A stretch of DNA of 64,000 bases from Octopus vulgaris (Eukaryota): contig OX597818.1 in the NCBI GenBank assembly GCA_951406725.2, positions 19,034,001-19,098,000 of the forward strand. The letters are read 5' to 3'. The first letter of the stretch is position 1. Every line of letters begins with the position of its first letter. Position numbers and translations under genes: made by a program. Shown here one piece after another: positions 12,980 through 26,329 of the stretch. The notes beneath the pieces were generated by a model. The model made no database searches, was not told where the DNA came from, and was given only the letters and a program-made list of their open reading frames with translations.

Positions 12980-14200
12980 GGTGGTGGTGGTGGCGGCGGT
13001 GGTGGCGGCGGCGGTGGTGGGGGCGGCGGTGGGGGCGATCGTGGTAGTGGTAGTGGTGGTGGTGGCGGTGATGGCGATCGTGGTGGTGGTGGTAGTGGAA
13101 GATGTTGCCGTCGGTGGTGGTGGTGGTGATGGTGGTGGTGGTGGTGGTGGCGGCGGTGATGGCGATCGTGGTGGTGGTAGTGGAAGATGTTGCCGTAGGT
13201 GGCGGTGGTGGTGGTGGTGGTGGCGGCGGCGGCGGTGGTGGCGATCGTGGTGGTGGTAGTGGAAGTTGTTGCCGTCGGTGGTGGTGGTGGTGGTGGTGGT
13301 GGTGATGGTGGTGTTGGTGCTGATGCTGGTGGTGGACTTGATGGTGGTGGTGGTGGAGTTGTTACTGGCGGTGGTAATAATTGTGGAGGGTTTAGTTGTT
13401 ATTGCTATGAATGTTGTGATGGTTTGTTAATAGTGTGGATTGTGGGCGTGTGTTGTAGTGGGTGGTGGCGATGATTTGCGGTGGTGCGGGAAAGAATTGC
13501 TATTGTGGATATGAGTGTGGTTGTGGTTCTTATTGCTCTTGGTAGAGGGGCGTGAGTATGGTAGTGATGGTGGTGGTGGTGGTGGTGGTGGTGGTGGTAG
13601 GTTGTGATGATGGTATTGTGTTGTTATCGTTTTTGTTGTTGCTAGTTACCGTAATGTTGTGGGTGTTGTTGCCAATATTGTAAATATTGTTGTTGTTGTT
13701 GTTATTGTTCTTGTCAACATGGATGCCGCCGTGGTTATTGTGTTGATACTGACGTTGTTGTTGTAGTTGTTGTTGTGCATGCTGCTGCCGTTGCTTTGTG
13801 TTAGGGATGATGTGGTTATTTATTGTTTACGGTGCTATTGTTGGCGCAGTTATTGTTGTTAGTGCAGTTGTTGTTGTTAGTGCAGTTGTTGTTGTTAGTG
13901 CAGTTGTTGTTGTTAGTGCAGTTTTTGTTGTTGTTAGTGCGGTTGTTGTTGTTAGTACGGTTTTTATTGTTGTTAGTGCAGTTGTTGTTAGTGCAGCTAT
14001 TGTTGTTGTTAGTGCGGTTGTTGTTGTTAGTGCGGTTTTTGTTGTTGTTAGTGCGGTTGTTGTTGTTAGTGCGGTTTTTGCTTTTGTTAGTACATTTATT
14101 GTTGTTAGTGGAGTTGTTGTTGTTAGTGCAGTTGTTGATGTTAGTGCAGTTTTTGTTGTTGTTAGTGCTGTTTTTATTGTTAGTGCAGTTGTTCTTAGTG
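12920..14200. repeat. GGT/GTT-rich low-complexity block with a 15-18-bp minisatellite (gttgttgttagtgca)n at 13840-14200
   Basis: Direct reading; gives spurious poly-G, poly-V and poly-L ORFs. Confidence 0.9.
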
Positions 14201-14261
14201 TTTAGATTTAAGCTGGTCTTGACCGTTTCAGCCGTGACCATTCCATTTACTTATTTATATA

Positions 14262-14478
14262 CGAGGTGGTACTGAAAAGTTCCTGGCTTTGGGTAAGAGA
14301 AAATCCTGGAGGATCAGTTAATTATGGTTTTATCCAGCATATACCCCTTTCAGATTCACACACTTATTGCAGTGGTCCCTCGGGTTTTCTAAGCCTTGTA
14401 AAAGAACTCAGGGGATTGGGCCTCCAATCAGGCCTTTTGCGATACCATTAAAGCCAGAAACTTTTCACCACCCCCTTG
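14262..14478. mobile_element. Mariner-derived MITE, copy 1
   Basis: TIRs cgaggtggtactgaaaagttcctggcttt / aaagccagaaacttttcaccacccccttg with TA flanks. Confidence 0.85.
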
Positions 14479-14598
14479 TATGTATGTATAAATGTGTGTG
14501 TGTATGTGTGTGTGTGTGTATGTATGCATGTATTTATGTATGTATGTATGTATGTATGTATGTATGTATAAATGTGTGTGTATGTGTGTGTATACATA

Positions 14599-14815
14599 TG
14601 AGGTGGTGCTGAAAATTTCCTGGCTTTGGGTAAAAGAGAATGCAGGAGATTCAGTTTATTACGATTTTATTCAGCACATACCCCTCTCAGATTCACACGC
14701 TTAATGCAGCGGTCCTTCAGGTTTTCTAAGCCCTGTAAAAGAACTCGAAAGGTTGGGCCTCCAACCAGGCCTTTTGCGACACCCTTAAAGCCAGGAACTT
14801 TTCAGCACCCTTTCA
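14599..14815. mobile_element. Mariner-derived MITE, copy 2
   Basis: Same TIRs and internal sequence as 14262-14478, with TA flanks. Confidence 0.85.
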
Positions 14816-15824
14816 TATATTTGTATATTTACGACAAGATTATACTATGAGGCGTCCCTTTCTCAAAGACGTGCGATACGATTTGAGGAAATTTGGGTGC
14901 TATTCCTAGCCGGTCATGTGACCACGTCTCAGCTTCTCCTGAGAGTTGTCGCTGTTACTGCTTAACCACAGGTGAGTCGTGCTGGAATATACAGGATCAA
15001 AAGCATACCAGTCATGACCATCCAATCCTTTCGCATAACAGGTTACACTGCAATGTCCAACGCGTTTCTTCCCTTCTTCAAACAGTAGGGTGTGGTTTGA
15101 GGGATATTCGGTTACTATATCTTGCAGGTAGAGCTACCACATACAGGTTCTGTCTTTTGTTGATTCGCTTGCAGCAGCAAGCGAATGCAGCCGTTCAAGA
15201 ATTTGGACCTGGAGATCTCCATTTCCAGCGACTTCGAGGGCCACCTCCCAGTGGCGTTGGGCGTCAACGAAGAGCCCTCGACTACAAGACGACCAAAGTT
15301 ATTTTTTTCCAAGGTCTGGGGTCTCCCGCCCCTAAGCCTTAGACCATCACCTAATCACCCTTACCCGTCTTGTTGCTTAACAACAACAACAACAACAGCA
15401 GCAGTAGCAGTAGTAGTAGTATAGTTGTTATTGTTTTAATTGGTTGTTGTTGTTGTTGTTGTTGTTATGCCGTTTCGTTTAGTAGTTGTCTTGTTTGTTT
15501 GGTGTTGTAATTATTTTCGTCATTGCTATTGCTGTTGTCATTAATATTGTGTGGTGTTTGTGGTCGAGTTGTTGCGAACGTGATTGTTGCTAGTTTCTTG
15601 TAGTTGTGTGATTACTACAGTTGTTGTTTCAGCGATTGTTATTGTATTAACTGTTGCCGTGGCGGTGGTGGTGGTGGTGGTGGAGATTGTTTCGATTGTT
15701 GTTGTGCTCTTTGAGGTTGTTGTTGTTGTTGTGAATGTCATGCATGCTATTTACTTGCTGTCGTCTTCGACGTTGTTGTTCTTGTTAATGTCATGTAGTA
15801 GCATTAAAGCTGTTATTATAATTG

Positions 15825-16030
15825 ATTTCAAATTTTGGGACGGCAAGGCCAGCAATTTGGGGCGGCGGTTGTAAATCGATTACATCGACCCCAGTACTCA
15901 ACTGGTAATTATTTTATCGATCCAGAAAGGATAAAAGGCATTGTCGATCTCGGTGGAATTTGAACTCAGAACATAATGACGAGCGAAGCACTGCTAAGCA
16001 TTTTGCCCTGCATATTAACGACTCTGCCAG
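15825..16030 (-). mobile_element. SINE family B copy (diverged)
   Basis: Contains the ggtggaatttgaactcagaac and atcgaccccagtactcaactgg motifs of family B. Confidence 0.75.
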
Positions 16031-16107
16031 ATCGTTTCCTTAATGCTGTTATTGTGTTTGTGATTGCAATTATGCTTTTCGTGTTTGCTATTTGTAGGTT
16101 GTTGTTG

Positions 16108-16625
16108 TCTTCTTCTTCTTCTTCTTCTTCTTCTTCTTCTTCTTCTTCTTCCAGTCAGGACTCACGCTATTAGCCACAAAGAATAATCTCTAATTTGAGC
16201 CTACTTTAAGCTACTAAGAATGTGTGAGGCAACTTGAAGATCCACCCAGCACACGCAATAGACTGGCGGTTGCACGGGTTCGAAAGCTACGTTGTTATCC
16301 TCATTCCGTAAACGGTGGCTTTTAACAGGTGGAGAGCTGAACCATCCTGGAGTACAGAGTATTCGCAATCTAGACTAGGGTCTGAAAGTTTACCACACCA
16401 TAGTGGTTTACACCATGGTTCCTCAGCTTTGTGACAGAAGTGGGAAGTGAGAGAAAGTTGTGGTGAAAGAGTACAGCGGGGTTCACCACCCCTCCCCCGC
16501 CGGAGCGTCGTGGAGCTTAGGTGATTTTGCTCAATAAACACTCACAATGCCCGGTCTGGGAATCGAAACCGCGTTCTTACGACCGCGAGTCTACTGCCCT
16601 AACCACTGGGCCATTGCGCCTCCAC
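16108..16625 (-). mobile_element. tRNA(Arg)-like SINE, family C, with (GAA)n tail
   Basis: Reverse complement of 49300-49790. Confidence 0.9.
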
Positions 16626-16909
16626 CGTCTCTGCTGTTATTATCACTGCTACTGCAGTCATTGTGTTCAGTGTTGTTGTTATGGATGTGATTGTCGACAT
16701 CTCGTTTTGGCTGTCAATGTTTATATTTACTGTAACTGTCATAAAGATTATTGATGCTCTTGTTCATGTTGTTGCCATTAATAACGTTAAATGCTCTTGT
16801 TGTAGTTACTATTATTGTTGTTGTTATTGCTATTGTTATAATTTTTAGTGTTTTTGTTATTGTTAATATTGTTGTTTTTGTTGTCTTTATTGGAAAACCA
16901 GAATGAAAA

Positions 16910-17115
16910 TATTGCTTCCAAATTTTTGGCACAAGACCAGCAATTTCAGGGATTACATTAACCAGAGTATTCAGTTGGTACTTATTTTATCGACCCCGAA
17001 ATGATGGAAGGCAAAGTCGACCTCTGCAGAATTTGAACTCAAAATGTAAAGACAGACGAAATGCCGCTGAGAATTTTGCCCGGCGTGCTAATGATTCTGC
17101 CTGCTCACCGCCTTC
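16910..17115 (-). mobile_element. SINE family B copy
   Basis: Matches the reverse complement of the 18111-18343 head and body. Confidence 0.8.
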
Positions 17116-17169
17116 TAAGAATCGAAATATTGAGAAGAGGACGAGGTGAACATGTAAAATATAAGGGAG

Positions 17170-17635
17170 CTAACTGACAGTGTAGTTGTGGCGCCTGTGA
17201 CAAGGGTTATATGATAGGATACAGGAAAGACACTTTCCTCTTCCTCTTTGATCAAACGCCCAATGTCTTTTTCAAATAACACTTGGAAAGAAAAGTGAGG
17301 GTGGAGAAGGGTATGCTACTTCTCAGTGAATTTGTGAAAAGGTGAGTAACTGTGGAAAAATACTTAGGGCGAATAGAACTGCTGTAACAATGCGCCTGGA
17401 GAGTAGGGAACAACAGTTGGTCGAAGGATCATGCTTTTTGTGGGCAAAGCAATCCTTATTTGTAAAGTTTCTCGATTATCATTTGTTGGAAATTCTCTTG
17501 TATCTGGAGGACTGCCTCATTCATGTTATCACAAACTATGTATACTATATATACTTTAATCGCATTTCACCCTCTGGAGATTGTCCTTGTGACGTCCCCC
17601 TCCATTTATGCCCCTGTGGCAAATAAAAGAAATTG
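17170..17635 (+). mobile_element. 3' end of Tx1/L1-type LINE (diverged)
   Basis: tttcaaataacacttggaaagaaaagtgagggtggag... is homologous to FFKYHLKRKVRVER at 60325-60440; ends in gcccctgtggcaaataaaagaaa. Confidence 0.65.
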
Positions 17636-18110
17636 TTATTATGGTACTGATTTCTGTGTATGAGATGGTGCTTCGGTGGCGGTGGTGGTGGTGGTTGTGT
17701 CGGTGTTGGTGGTGGTTGTTGCGGTGGTGATGGGAGTGATGATGATAATGATGAGGATGACGAAGACGACGACAGTGCAAATCTACAATTTGTTTCTGTT
17801 TATAATTTCAAAATAGTTTTCAGATGAAAAGGTGATTTGAAGGAGATTTAGCTGTTGCTTCTAGCACATCCCACAACCACCTGGTACCTTCGTTTCTTTG
17901 TCATTCTGGGATGTTTTGATGTTTTTCAATATTTTCCATCCATAAACATATTTTTTGGAATGATGATGTGGTCGCGCATTTAAGTACTAAGATTTAAGTA
18001 ACAACAACAAAAAAATTCTCTAACCCCACCCGTATCAACCAGGCGGGCTCATGCGCGACGTGTGTGCGCGCGCATGAGTGTGTGTGTGTGTGTATGTTTG
18101 TGTGTGTGTT

Positions 18111-18343
18111 AAGGCGGCGAGCTGGCAGAAACGTTAGCACGCCGGACGAAATGCGTAGCCATATTTCGTCTGCCGTTACGTTCTGAGTTCAAATTCCGCC
18201 GAGGTCGACTTTGCCTTTCATCCTTTCGGGGTCGATTAAATAAGTACCAGTTATGTACTGGGGTCGATATAATCGACTTAATCCGTTTGTCTGTCCTTGT
18301 TTGTCCCTTCTGTGTTTAGCCCCTTGTGGGCAGTAAAGAAATA
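18111..18343 (+). mobile_element. SINE family B, full length
   Basis: ggcggcgagctggcagaaacgttagcac...gagttcaaattcc (B box)...gccccttgtgggcagtaaagaaata; near-identical to 58128-58360 and 62912-63137. Confidence 0.9.
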
Positions 18344-19122
18344 GTTTGTGTGTGTATGTGTGTGTGTGTGTAACAAAAACTATTTACTAACAGAAAAGTA
18401 TGTTATCAAAATAAATTATCTTTTACATACTTCATATTTAAATCACATGCATACACACACTGACAAACACACACATTGACACACACACTGGCAAACACAC
18501 ACACACTGACACACACACACACACACACTCACACACACACTCACTCAACGTGAGCGATATACTTTTATAGGAAGTGAAAAAGTTTACCACTGAAAATGAA
18601 AGAGACAAATGGAAAGAGAAAGAGAGGGAGAGATAGAGAGATCTTTTCTGTCGTTGATTTTGGAATTTTAAAATTAGGTGAAAATGTTCGAATTCAAATT
18701 TTGTGATTCATTTATTCCAGAAAAATTTTATAAAAAATTGTTAGTGTTGTTTAAAGTTTGATTATTTTTAGCGAATCAGAAAATAGGATTTGGAACCTAA
18801 GCACTCTGTGCATAAGCTGTCTATCATAAAGTTGAAAGTAGACATTAAAAGACGAGGTTTTATATGTGAGTTAATACATATACAAAGAGAATGAGTGTCA
18901 AAGATTATGCTAAATATATGCAGAGAGATAAATTGATTGTAATAGACAGAGAGTGGGAGAAGTGGTGGTTTCTAAAAGTTGAGTTATTTCTCGAAATAAC
19001 TTGTATTTTTCATTTTATTATTATTTACGAACGACATTCTGTGAGGCGTAGATTTCAAGTAAAGATGTTGACTCCTGTTTATAAAAAATCAAATTCGTCT
19101 ATCTCGAGTTTTGTGCGTTGGC

Positions 19123-19174
<52 letters not shown>

Positions 19175-19189
<15 letters not shown>

Positions 19190-19554
19190 CTGAAGTTATC
19201 TGTGTATGGCAGGTTTGGTAGCCTTCAACTAACACTATCTCCTCCGAGACCCTGCAGCGCAAGTTGACCAAAATTTGAAGTATGATAGAAGAAGGCTTGC
19301 TCTTCCTTTCATAGAAGAAAAAATTCAAATCGGACCATGTTAAGACCAAAAATCATTTACATCAAAAAGGTGCTTTTTTTCTATGAAAATCCTTATTTTT
19401 TACGATTTTTTTTACTACTGTGTCGCCATTTTTCACCAGAAAAATGTTCACTTAAAGAGAATAACAAGCTACATAATGAAAAATTTTTACTTTTCAAAAA
19501 TTACAATTCTAAAGGGTCGAAACAAACCCGAGCAACGCCGGGCGATACTGCTAG
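19175..19554 (+). mobile_element. Non-autonomous Helitron
   Basis: TATATATAAAG start; 3' hairpin cccgagcaacgccggg followed by CTAG then T, the canonical Helitron end. Confidence 0.75.
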
Positions 19555-19593
19555 TAGACAGATAATAACTGAGTGAATTTATGTGTGTTTGTT

Positions 19594-19715
<122 letters not shown>

Positions 19716-20147
19716 CATGCATGCTTGCGTGTGGGCGTATGTATTTAGGTAGCATGATAAGAGTACGCTTCAATTCAAATTTTGCACTCTTGTAAATGAT
19801 CAAACTTAGTCGATCGTTTATTGTAATGATGATGCTATTTGTAGACAACAATCTTGTAACTTCAATGTTATGGTTTGGAAATTCATAGTGCGTCTCTATT
19901 TGAGAATAAGTTATTTTCTTTTGTCAGTCCGAACGTGCATCAAACATATTCCAACTGATAATAACATTGCAATTTTACTTACCACTGCTTAGCGCTTCCC
20001 CACTGTAATTTATTTTCTTTTGTCTTGTTCTACCTGCGCTGTAGCTCTAGATACACTAATTGATTAGAATATATGTTTGTGCCTTTGCATCCGTCATAGT
20101 AATGTCCCGCACGAAACATCGGCCTCACCTCTAAGGGCTACATGTTA

Positions 20148-20440
20148 GACCAGCGTCTTCTAACATGGGTTCGATGGAACCCCGTGTTCCGCGAGAATAG
20201 TGATAAACAGGCTAGTTTTTGAGCCATTTTTATGTTCAATTTTATATTCACAATTTATTATCCATGTAAGGTATATATTCTCTAAGATAGGGAGACCCTG
20301 GAATATACAGATAGCAAGGTGACCCTCCGGAGGAAAAGTAGAGTCGTGCTAGGAAATTGTAGCGGAATGTATCTAATAATTCTTATGAGACGTGGAAAAT
20401 ATTTCAAGGTTTTCCGAGAGAAAAAGATTGAGAAATGTTA
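20148..20440. mobile_element. Possible hAT-derived MITE (decayed)
   Basis: cagcgtcttctaacatgggttcgatggaaccc ... aaaaagattgagaaa resembles hAT/Charlie-type MITE ends. Confidence 0.45.
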
Positions 20441-20849
20441 TGTCAGAGAATCTGGGTTTTCTTTTTCAATTTGACCAATTCTCTTCACTCCAGTGAACAC
20501 GAAACACAGCACTCAGTCAAGTTGATTATCGCGTTGATGCTTACTAAGACGAATCGTGTAAAGCAACAAACAACGTTTCTTCGCCAACGTCTTCCAGTAA
20601 CTTTAAAAGAAAGTAAAGTGACTATTATAAAGAATTGTAAGGAATTGCATATAGCTCACATAATGTGTTTTGGATAAAATAAAACAATGTTTTAAATAAT
20701 TAAATTATTTTACCTTATTTATATAAAATGTGTATCTTTAGTTCTTGGAATTGTACTCGCTGCTAATTGACTCGATCTGGGGTCATGTGTTGAAACTAAA
20801 ACAATTAAAATGTGGAAAAGGTATGAAAAGCATCTCAAAGCAATCAAGA

Positions 20850-21655
20850 AACTTAAATTCGATCGCTTCCGAGCCGAATTTTGTTTCGGCTAGCTCTGAA
20901 GTATATTGCATCTAAAAAGAAATCTTTCTCGAGATGACCACTGCAGCTTCTGACTCCTGTGGGTTATGACATACGTTAAGTATGTCACATAGATAAATAT
21001 TTCAATCTAGAACTGCTTCTGTTGCATAATTTGAATTTTATTCAGCCCTGCGGCCTCTTTACAAACCAGTGTATTGTTTATTCACTTGTTCTATATACAT
21101 CGGACCGACCGAAGCGACGTCATGTCAGAGGTGACCTGAATGCATGATACTGACAAACTGCAAGAACTGCGAAATGCGCATCTGTCACTCCCTCGCTTGC
21201 CTCGCCTCGTCTAGCTCTGAGGCATATTGTGATTAACACACGCTACGTCTATAATGGATCTTTCTCGAGACGACCACTGCAACGAAATAACAAACGTTAA
21301 GTATGTATACAGATAAATATTTTAATCTAGAGCTGCTTCTATTGCATAATTTGCATTTTATTGAACCTAGCAGTCTCATTGTGTCTCTTTCAAATTGTTA
21401 ATTCTCTGATTTTATATATTTCAGAGTGGTCAAAGTGACTTCGTGTTGGAAGTGATTCGAGTGCATGGCATTGACAAACCACGCACACACAAAAATGGTG
21501 AAATACGCATCTGTCACTCGCGCCCGCCTCCATTCGTCTAGCTCTGAAATATATTGTTTTTTAACACACTACGTCTATAAACATATTTTCCTTAGACGAC
21601 CGCTACAGCCGCTGATTTTTCAACGATATACATACGTCGAGTATACCAAATAAAT
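20850..21655. repeat. Diverged tandem repeat, about 325-bp unit, about 2.5 copies
   Basis: ctagctctga...atattg anchor recurs at about 20890, 21211 and 21538, with flanking similarity. Confidence 0.85.
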
Positions 21656-22508
21656 AAAGGCACAAGAAACTGTTACGTTAATACTCTGGTGTACTATGAA
21701 TTGTCAAGAAGGTCATCGCACTTCTGCAACTTTGTCACAGATGCAATGGAATGGTGTCATTGACCAGGTCACAGAAGTGTAACGGAACTATTTTAACTAT
21801 TCGTAGAAAATACTTATTGGAAATAAACGAAAGTTATGACATTTTCCTTTTCGTTCTGAAATACATGCAGTAACTCTTTAGCAATTTAATCTTTAAAATA
21901 TTTAAATCAAATCTATATCCATACTCGTCACTCCTGAGCGTTGTTTTAGATGCCTATGTTGTTTCGATCAGACATAGTTACACACTCGGTCTTTCTATCG
22001 TTGATCCAGGGTAACATCCAGGATGCAGTATTTGAGGAGAATTGAACCAGCACTCGAGTGATAGCCATTTTATTTGAATGGTCGGGAATAGCGAAAAATG
22101 AAGTACTACGCTCCGCCCTGCGCATAAATTGAACACACGGGCCTTATGGTCGTGAGCCCAGTATCTTAACTGCGCTATTACTATAACGAAATGATGATTT
22201 TCTTCACTTCAGTACTTCATTAACATTGCACCATTTTTGTCGTCTCCACAGAGTGGTAGTGAAAGTATTTGTAAGATCTGTGAATACGCTTTTTTTTTTC
22301 CTTTTGGAGGAAATTAATCCCCTTTAACTACGTTAGCTATATTTTTGTCATTGACTTGGCGACGTATAAATCGTAATTAGTCTAATCAACGCACTATTTT
22401 GCCAGCTTGCCGCCTTAGACATGGTTCATACGTGAAAAGAAATTATAAAGCAAAGGAATCTGGAGTCAGGGTGCCAGGACAATTACAACAAATACAATAC
22501 ACACACAA

Positions 22509-22564
<56 letters not shown>

Positions 22565-23641
22565 AAAATATTTGCAAAATATTTACAAGTGTCAAGTAGT
22601 ATAACCACTCGTATACATCTCGGTGAGGGAATGCAAAAAATGTAGAAGACGCCGAAAATTTGAGACATGAACGAAAAATTGAATTAGACACAAATATGCT
22701 TTAGGAAGTTGTTATTAATTTATCAACTTCTACGGTTCTATAAGCCATACTGAGCATCTTTTGGTATCTGTATATATAGATATCCTTCCAAATCATATAA
22801 TAACCCTAAGCTGTGCTGTGTTAGTGCCATGCGGAAAGTTCAAATAATTTCAATGATGAGGTGACATTTTACTCCCATTATTTCACAGCGATTTTCGTCC
22901 AAAGACGTGTGTATATTTTTTTAGAGTCGCTATACATTTTACCGCATACTGATGAATTTCCTATACTTGCAGTCAAAATGTAGGGCCATATTTCTGAACC
23001 AAATAATGCGCCAAACCTCACCCCTATCGTTCGGATACCATGATATAAGCATGAGATCGTATGTTAGGGATGAAGTTAGTGAAAGAATATTATTGCACAT
23101 CTTTAACTTAATCCGGAAGGATTTTCACCCCGTATAGTTCTGTTTTATCGTGATCACAGTATATTTATTTTGAGAAGTATGACTAACTATAGAATGAATG
23201 TTGTTATGAAAGAGTCTGTTAAGATATCCAAATAAATTTTAAAGATTACTGTTAATACGAATCTCAGTATAATTAATTACTTGGCTATAACTTGAGATTA
23301 AGGCACTGGTATATACTGTTCTTATGGTAAACCTAACGGAGAATTGCAATACATTCATATAAAGTCTAACTATTCCCCCAATAATGCAAAGCTATTTAGT
23401 TAATAAAATTAGTAAGCACATAGCTAATTAATAATCTGAAGAGAATTCCTGTAAACATATTGCTCATTACTACACAGAGGCTTTAACAAACAGTGGCATC
23501 ACAAATAGAATACATTATTATATAAACGCAAGCAGGATTCGAAAGATTGTCTATAGTCTAAATGTTCTAACATTGCTAGGATATTCCTAAAACACCATAA
23601 ATTTCGCTCCACACACGCGCACACACATATACATATATACA

Positions 23642-23728
<87 letters not shown>

Positions 23729-23741
23729 TAGATAGACAGTC

Positions 23742-23815
<74 letters not shown>

Positions 23816-23819
23816 TTCA

Positions 23820-24400
23820 AATGTGCAAAAAAAAACAAAGAAGAACAGAGATATATAAAAAAATGTACTAGTTCGACAAACAAGATGTATTAGTTGACAC
23901 TAAGGAGAGATGGAAAGGCCTTAGATACTTCGAGCCTACGCTCTTCGACAGACAGAAAAGAGGGGGGAAAAACGGAGAAATAAACAACGAAAAATGGGAG
24001 AAAACGTGTCTGAGTTAACGGTTTCACATGTTGAATTGACTTGAAAGAAATGGTTGAATATAAGGGGAAATAACAGTCACCCGGGTAAGTATGCACAAAA
24101 GCACGTGTGAGCTGTGTGCGTGTAGATGATGCATGTTAGCGTATATGTGTGTAGGCGAGTATGTGCAAGTATAAGATTATGTGGGCCTATGTGTGTGTGC
24201 ACGTATGGGAGTGTGCGTGTGTGTATGTGTACGTGTAACAGCGCGCGTGTGTATGTGTATGAGTAAACATGTACGTGCGATGTGTGAAGTGATGCGTGCC
24301 TGTGTGCTCCGTGCATTTCTATATATGTTTGTGTGTGGACATGGGTATATATGTGGGACTGTGTGAGGCTGTGTATGTATGTATGCATATATTTTATTTA
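23820..24400 (-). mobile_element. Penelope-like terminal region with decayed hammerhead (23919-23956)
   Basis: Minus strand CTGTCGA-A-GAGC-GTAG-GCTC-GAAG; similar to 1945-2148 and 37120-37500. Confidence 0.55.
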
Positions 24401-24964
24401 TTACATTATTGTATGACTGAGCGCCCTCGCGTCGTTTCGTTTCGTTTCTTTCCTTTCTTCCAGTATGTTTTTATATATAATTATGACGCGAAACTCTGTA
24501 ACCCTTTGCTTGACCTTTCGTCCCTTCCTGTCTGTCTCTGTCCTTATTTTTCCCCCTTTCTGGTTTCCTTTCCTCTCTATCTCTCTCTCTCTCTCACTCC
24601 TCCTCATCTCCCTCACGACTTAGTCGACCTTACTTCCTTTTCACTCCAGCCTGCTACAAGTCAAGACGACTTATTTCCTGCGCTCTGAATCTTTTCCTCG
24701 TCTAGGCTAAAAAAGGCCCTAAATGTTTGGGTTTTTTTTGTCCTGTTTTTATTCTTTATGTGTACTGTATTTTTTAATATTTGTATTTTTATTTTGTATT
24801 CGTATTTTTATTTGTATTGCTTTTACGTCCTGTTCTTGTCACATTTTTTTCTTTCCTTGTTTTTACCCCTCTGCAAAAGAATTTTTTATTTAATTCCCTC
24901 GCAGGAAGGACCGGTGTCTGATTATATTGTAGTTTTCTCTGGTAAATCAATTTTTATGAACTCA

Positions 24965-25910
24965 TGGATAGACAAAAAAAATTCGTGTTATTTATGAATA
25001 TAAGTTCCGTCGTGCAACCAATGCATCCCAGACAGCTCGAAACATCAATGAAGTGTGGCAAATGAGCGCACTGTACGTCGATGGTTTGAGAAGTTCCGGT
25101 CTGGTGACTTTACTCTTGAAAATCAGCACCGTGGTAGACCTGAGACCAAGGTGGTTAATGATGAGCTGGAAACTGTATTGGGAGCAGATACATCTCAAAC
25201 TACGCGTGAGTTTGCAATAAAATTTGATGCTTCGATTCCAACTGTACTGGACCATCTGAAACATATTGGCAAGGTAAAAGTTGGCTGGACAAGCGAATGC
25301 CACACGAGCTGAATGAGCGTCAAATGACACATCGTCTTGAAACTTGCTGTTCTTTGCTGTCATGGCATAAAAATGAACCATTTTTGCATCATATTATTAC
25401 GTTTGATGAAAAATGGATTATTTTCAACAGTAGCAAGCGTTCTGCACGTCGGTTGGATAGAAACAAAATGCCAAAACACTATCCAAAAAAGAATATTCAC
25501 CAAAAAAAGCTAATGGTGTCTGTTTGGCGGTCCAGCGCTGGTGTCATCCAACACGGCTTCATGAGACCTGGTATGTCAATTACAGCAGATGGGATGAAAT
25601 GATGAGTGAACTTACAATTAAACAACTGAGATTGATCAATACAGACAGGTCAATTCTCTTGTAAGACAATGCTTGACCATATGTAGTACAAAGAACACTA
25701 CTCAAGTTACAGGAACTGAACTTGGAACTACTCTGCCATACACCATATTTACCAGACCTTGCACCAGCTGACTATCAAGTTTTCCAGGCAGTAGACAACT
25801 TTTTGCAAGGAAAAAGCTTTAAATCTGAAGAAGATGCAAAAATAGCCTTTTGGGATTTCATCAACTCTTGCTCTCCAGAATTCTTCGCTGACGGCATAAA
25901 TCCAAGGCTG
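24965..25910 (+). mobile_element. Mariner transposase pseudogene, near full length
   Basis: TVRRWFEKFRSGDFTLENQHRGRP, PHELNE, ITFDEKWI, DNA*PY, HTPYLPDLAPADY (DD34D motifs), with frameshifts. Confidence 0.92.
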
Positions 25911-25941
25911 TGAAAGATTTTAGAACATTTATAAATAGAAG

Positions 25942-25989
25942 GTCTTACAGCTGTTTCCGGAATATGTTTTATATCCCTTCATCGAAGAC
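25942..25989 (-). ncRNA. Type I hammerhead motif with mutated core
   Basis: Minus strand GTCT-TCGATGA-A-GGGATAT...ATATTCC-G-GAAAC-AGCT-GTA-AGAC: stem I 4 bp, stem II 7 bp, palindromic stem III. Confidence 0.65.
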
Positions 25990-26144
25990 GGTCTGAGAGA
26001 ATGGTTAAGCAATAGTTAATTTAGATAAGATATGAAATAGAGAGTGAAGTGGAGGAATGAAACTAGATGTGAGATATGCAGGGATATTACCTTTATATAT
26101 CCATTATTTAGGTAGAATGGTATAGATATAAGATTCCAATACCT

Positions 26145-26325
26145 TGTGAGTAAATTCCAATAGTATCTAAAATTTATCATTCCAAGTATAATGTTTGCAC
26201 ACAGTGCTATTGAATCAAGGGTTTTATTTAAAGTCACTTTAAATAAAACACTTGATTCAATAGCACTGTGTACAAACTCTACACTTGGAATGACCAATTT
26301 TAAATACTATTGGAACTTACTCACA
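26145..26325. repeat. About 180-bp fold-back palindrome
   Basis: tgtgagtaaattccaatagtat...atactattggaacttactcaca, centred at 26235 (tttaaagt c actttaaa). Confidence 0.9.
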
Positions 26326-26329
26326 TATC

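Noticed and set aside
13840-14200. Regularly spaced repeats resembling a CRISPR array or mucin-like CDS
   Set aside because: No unique spacers and a eukaryotic context; it is a GTT-derived minisatellite.
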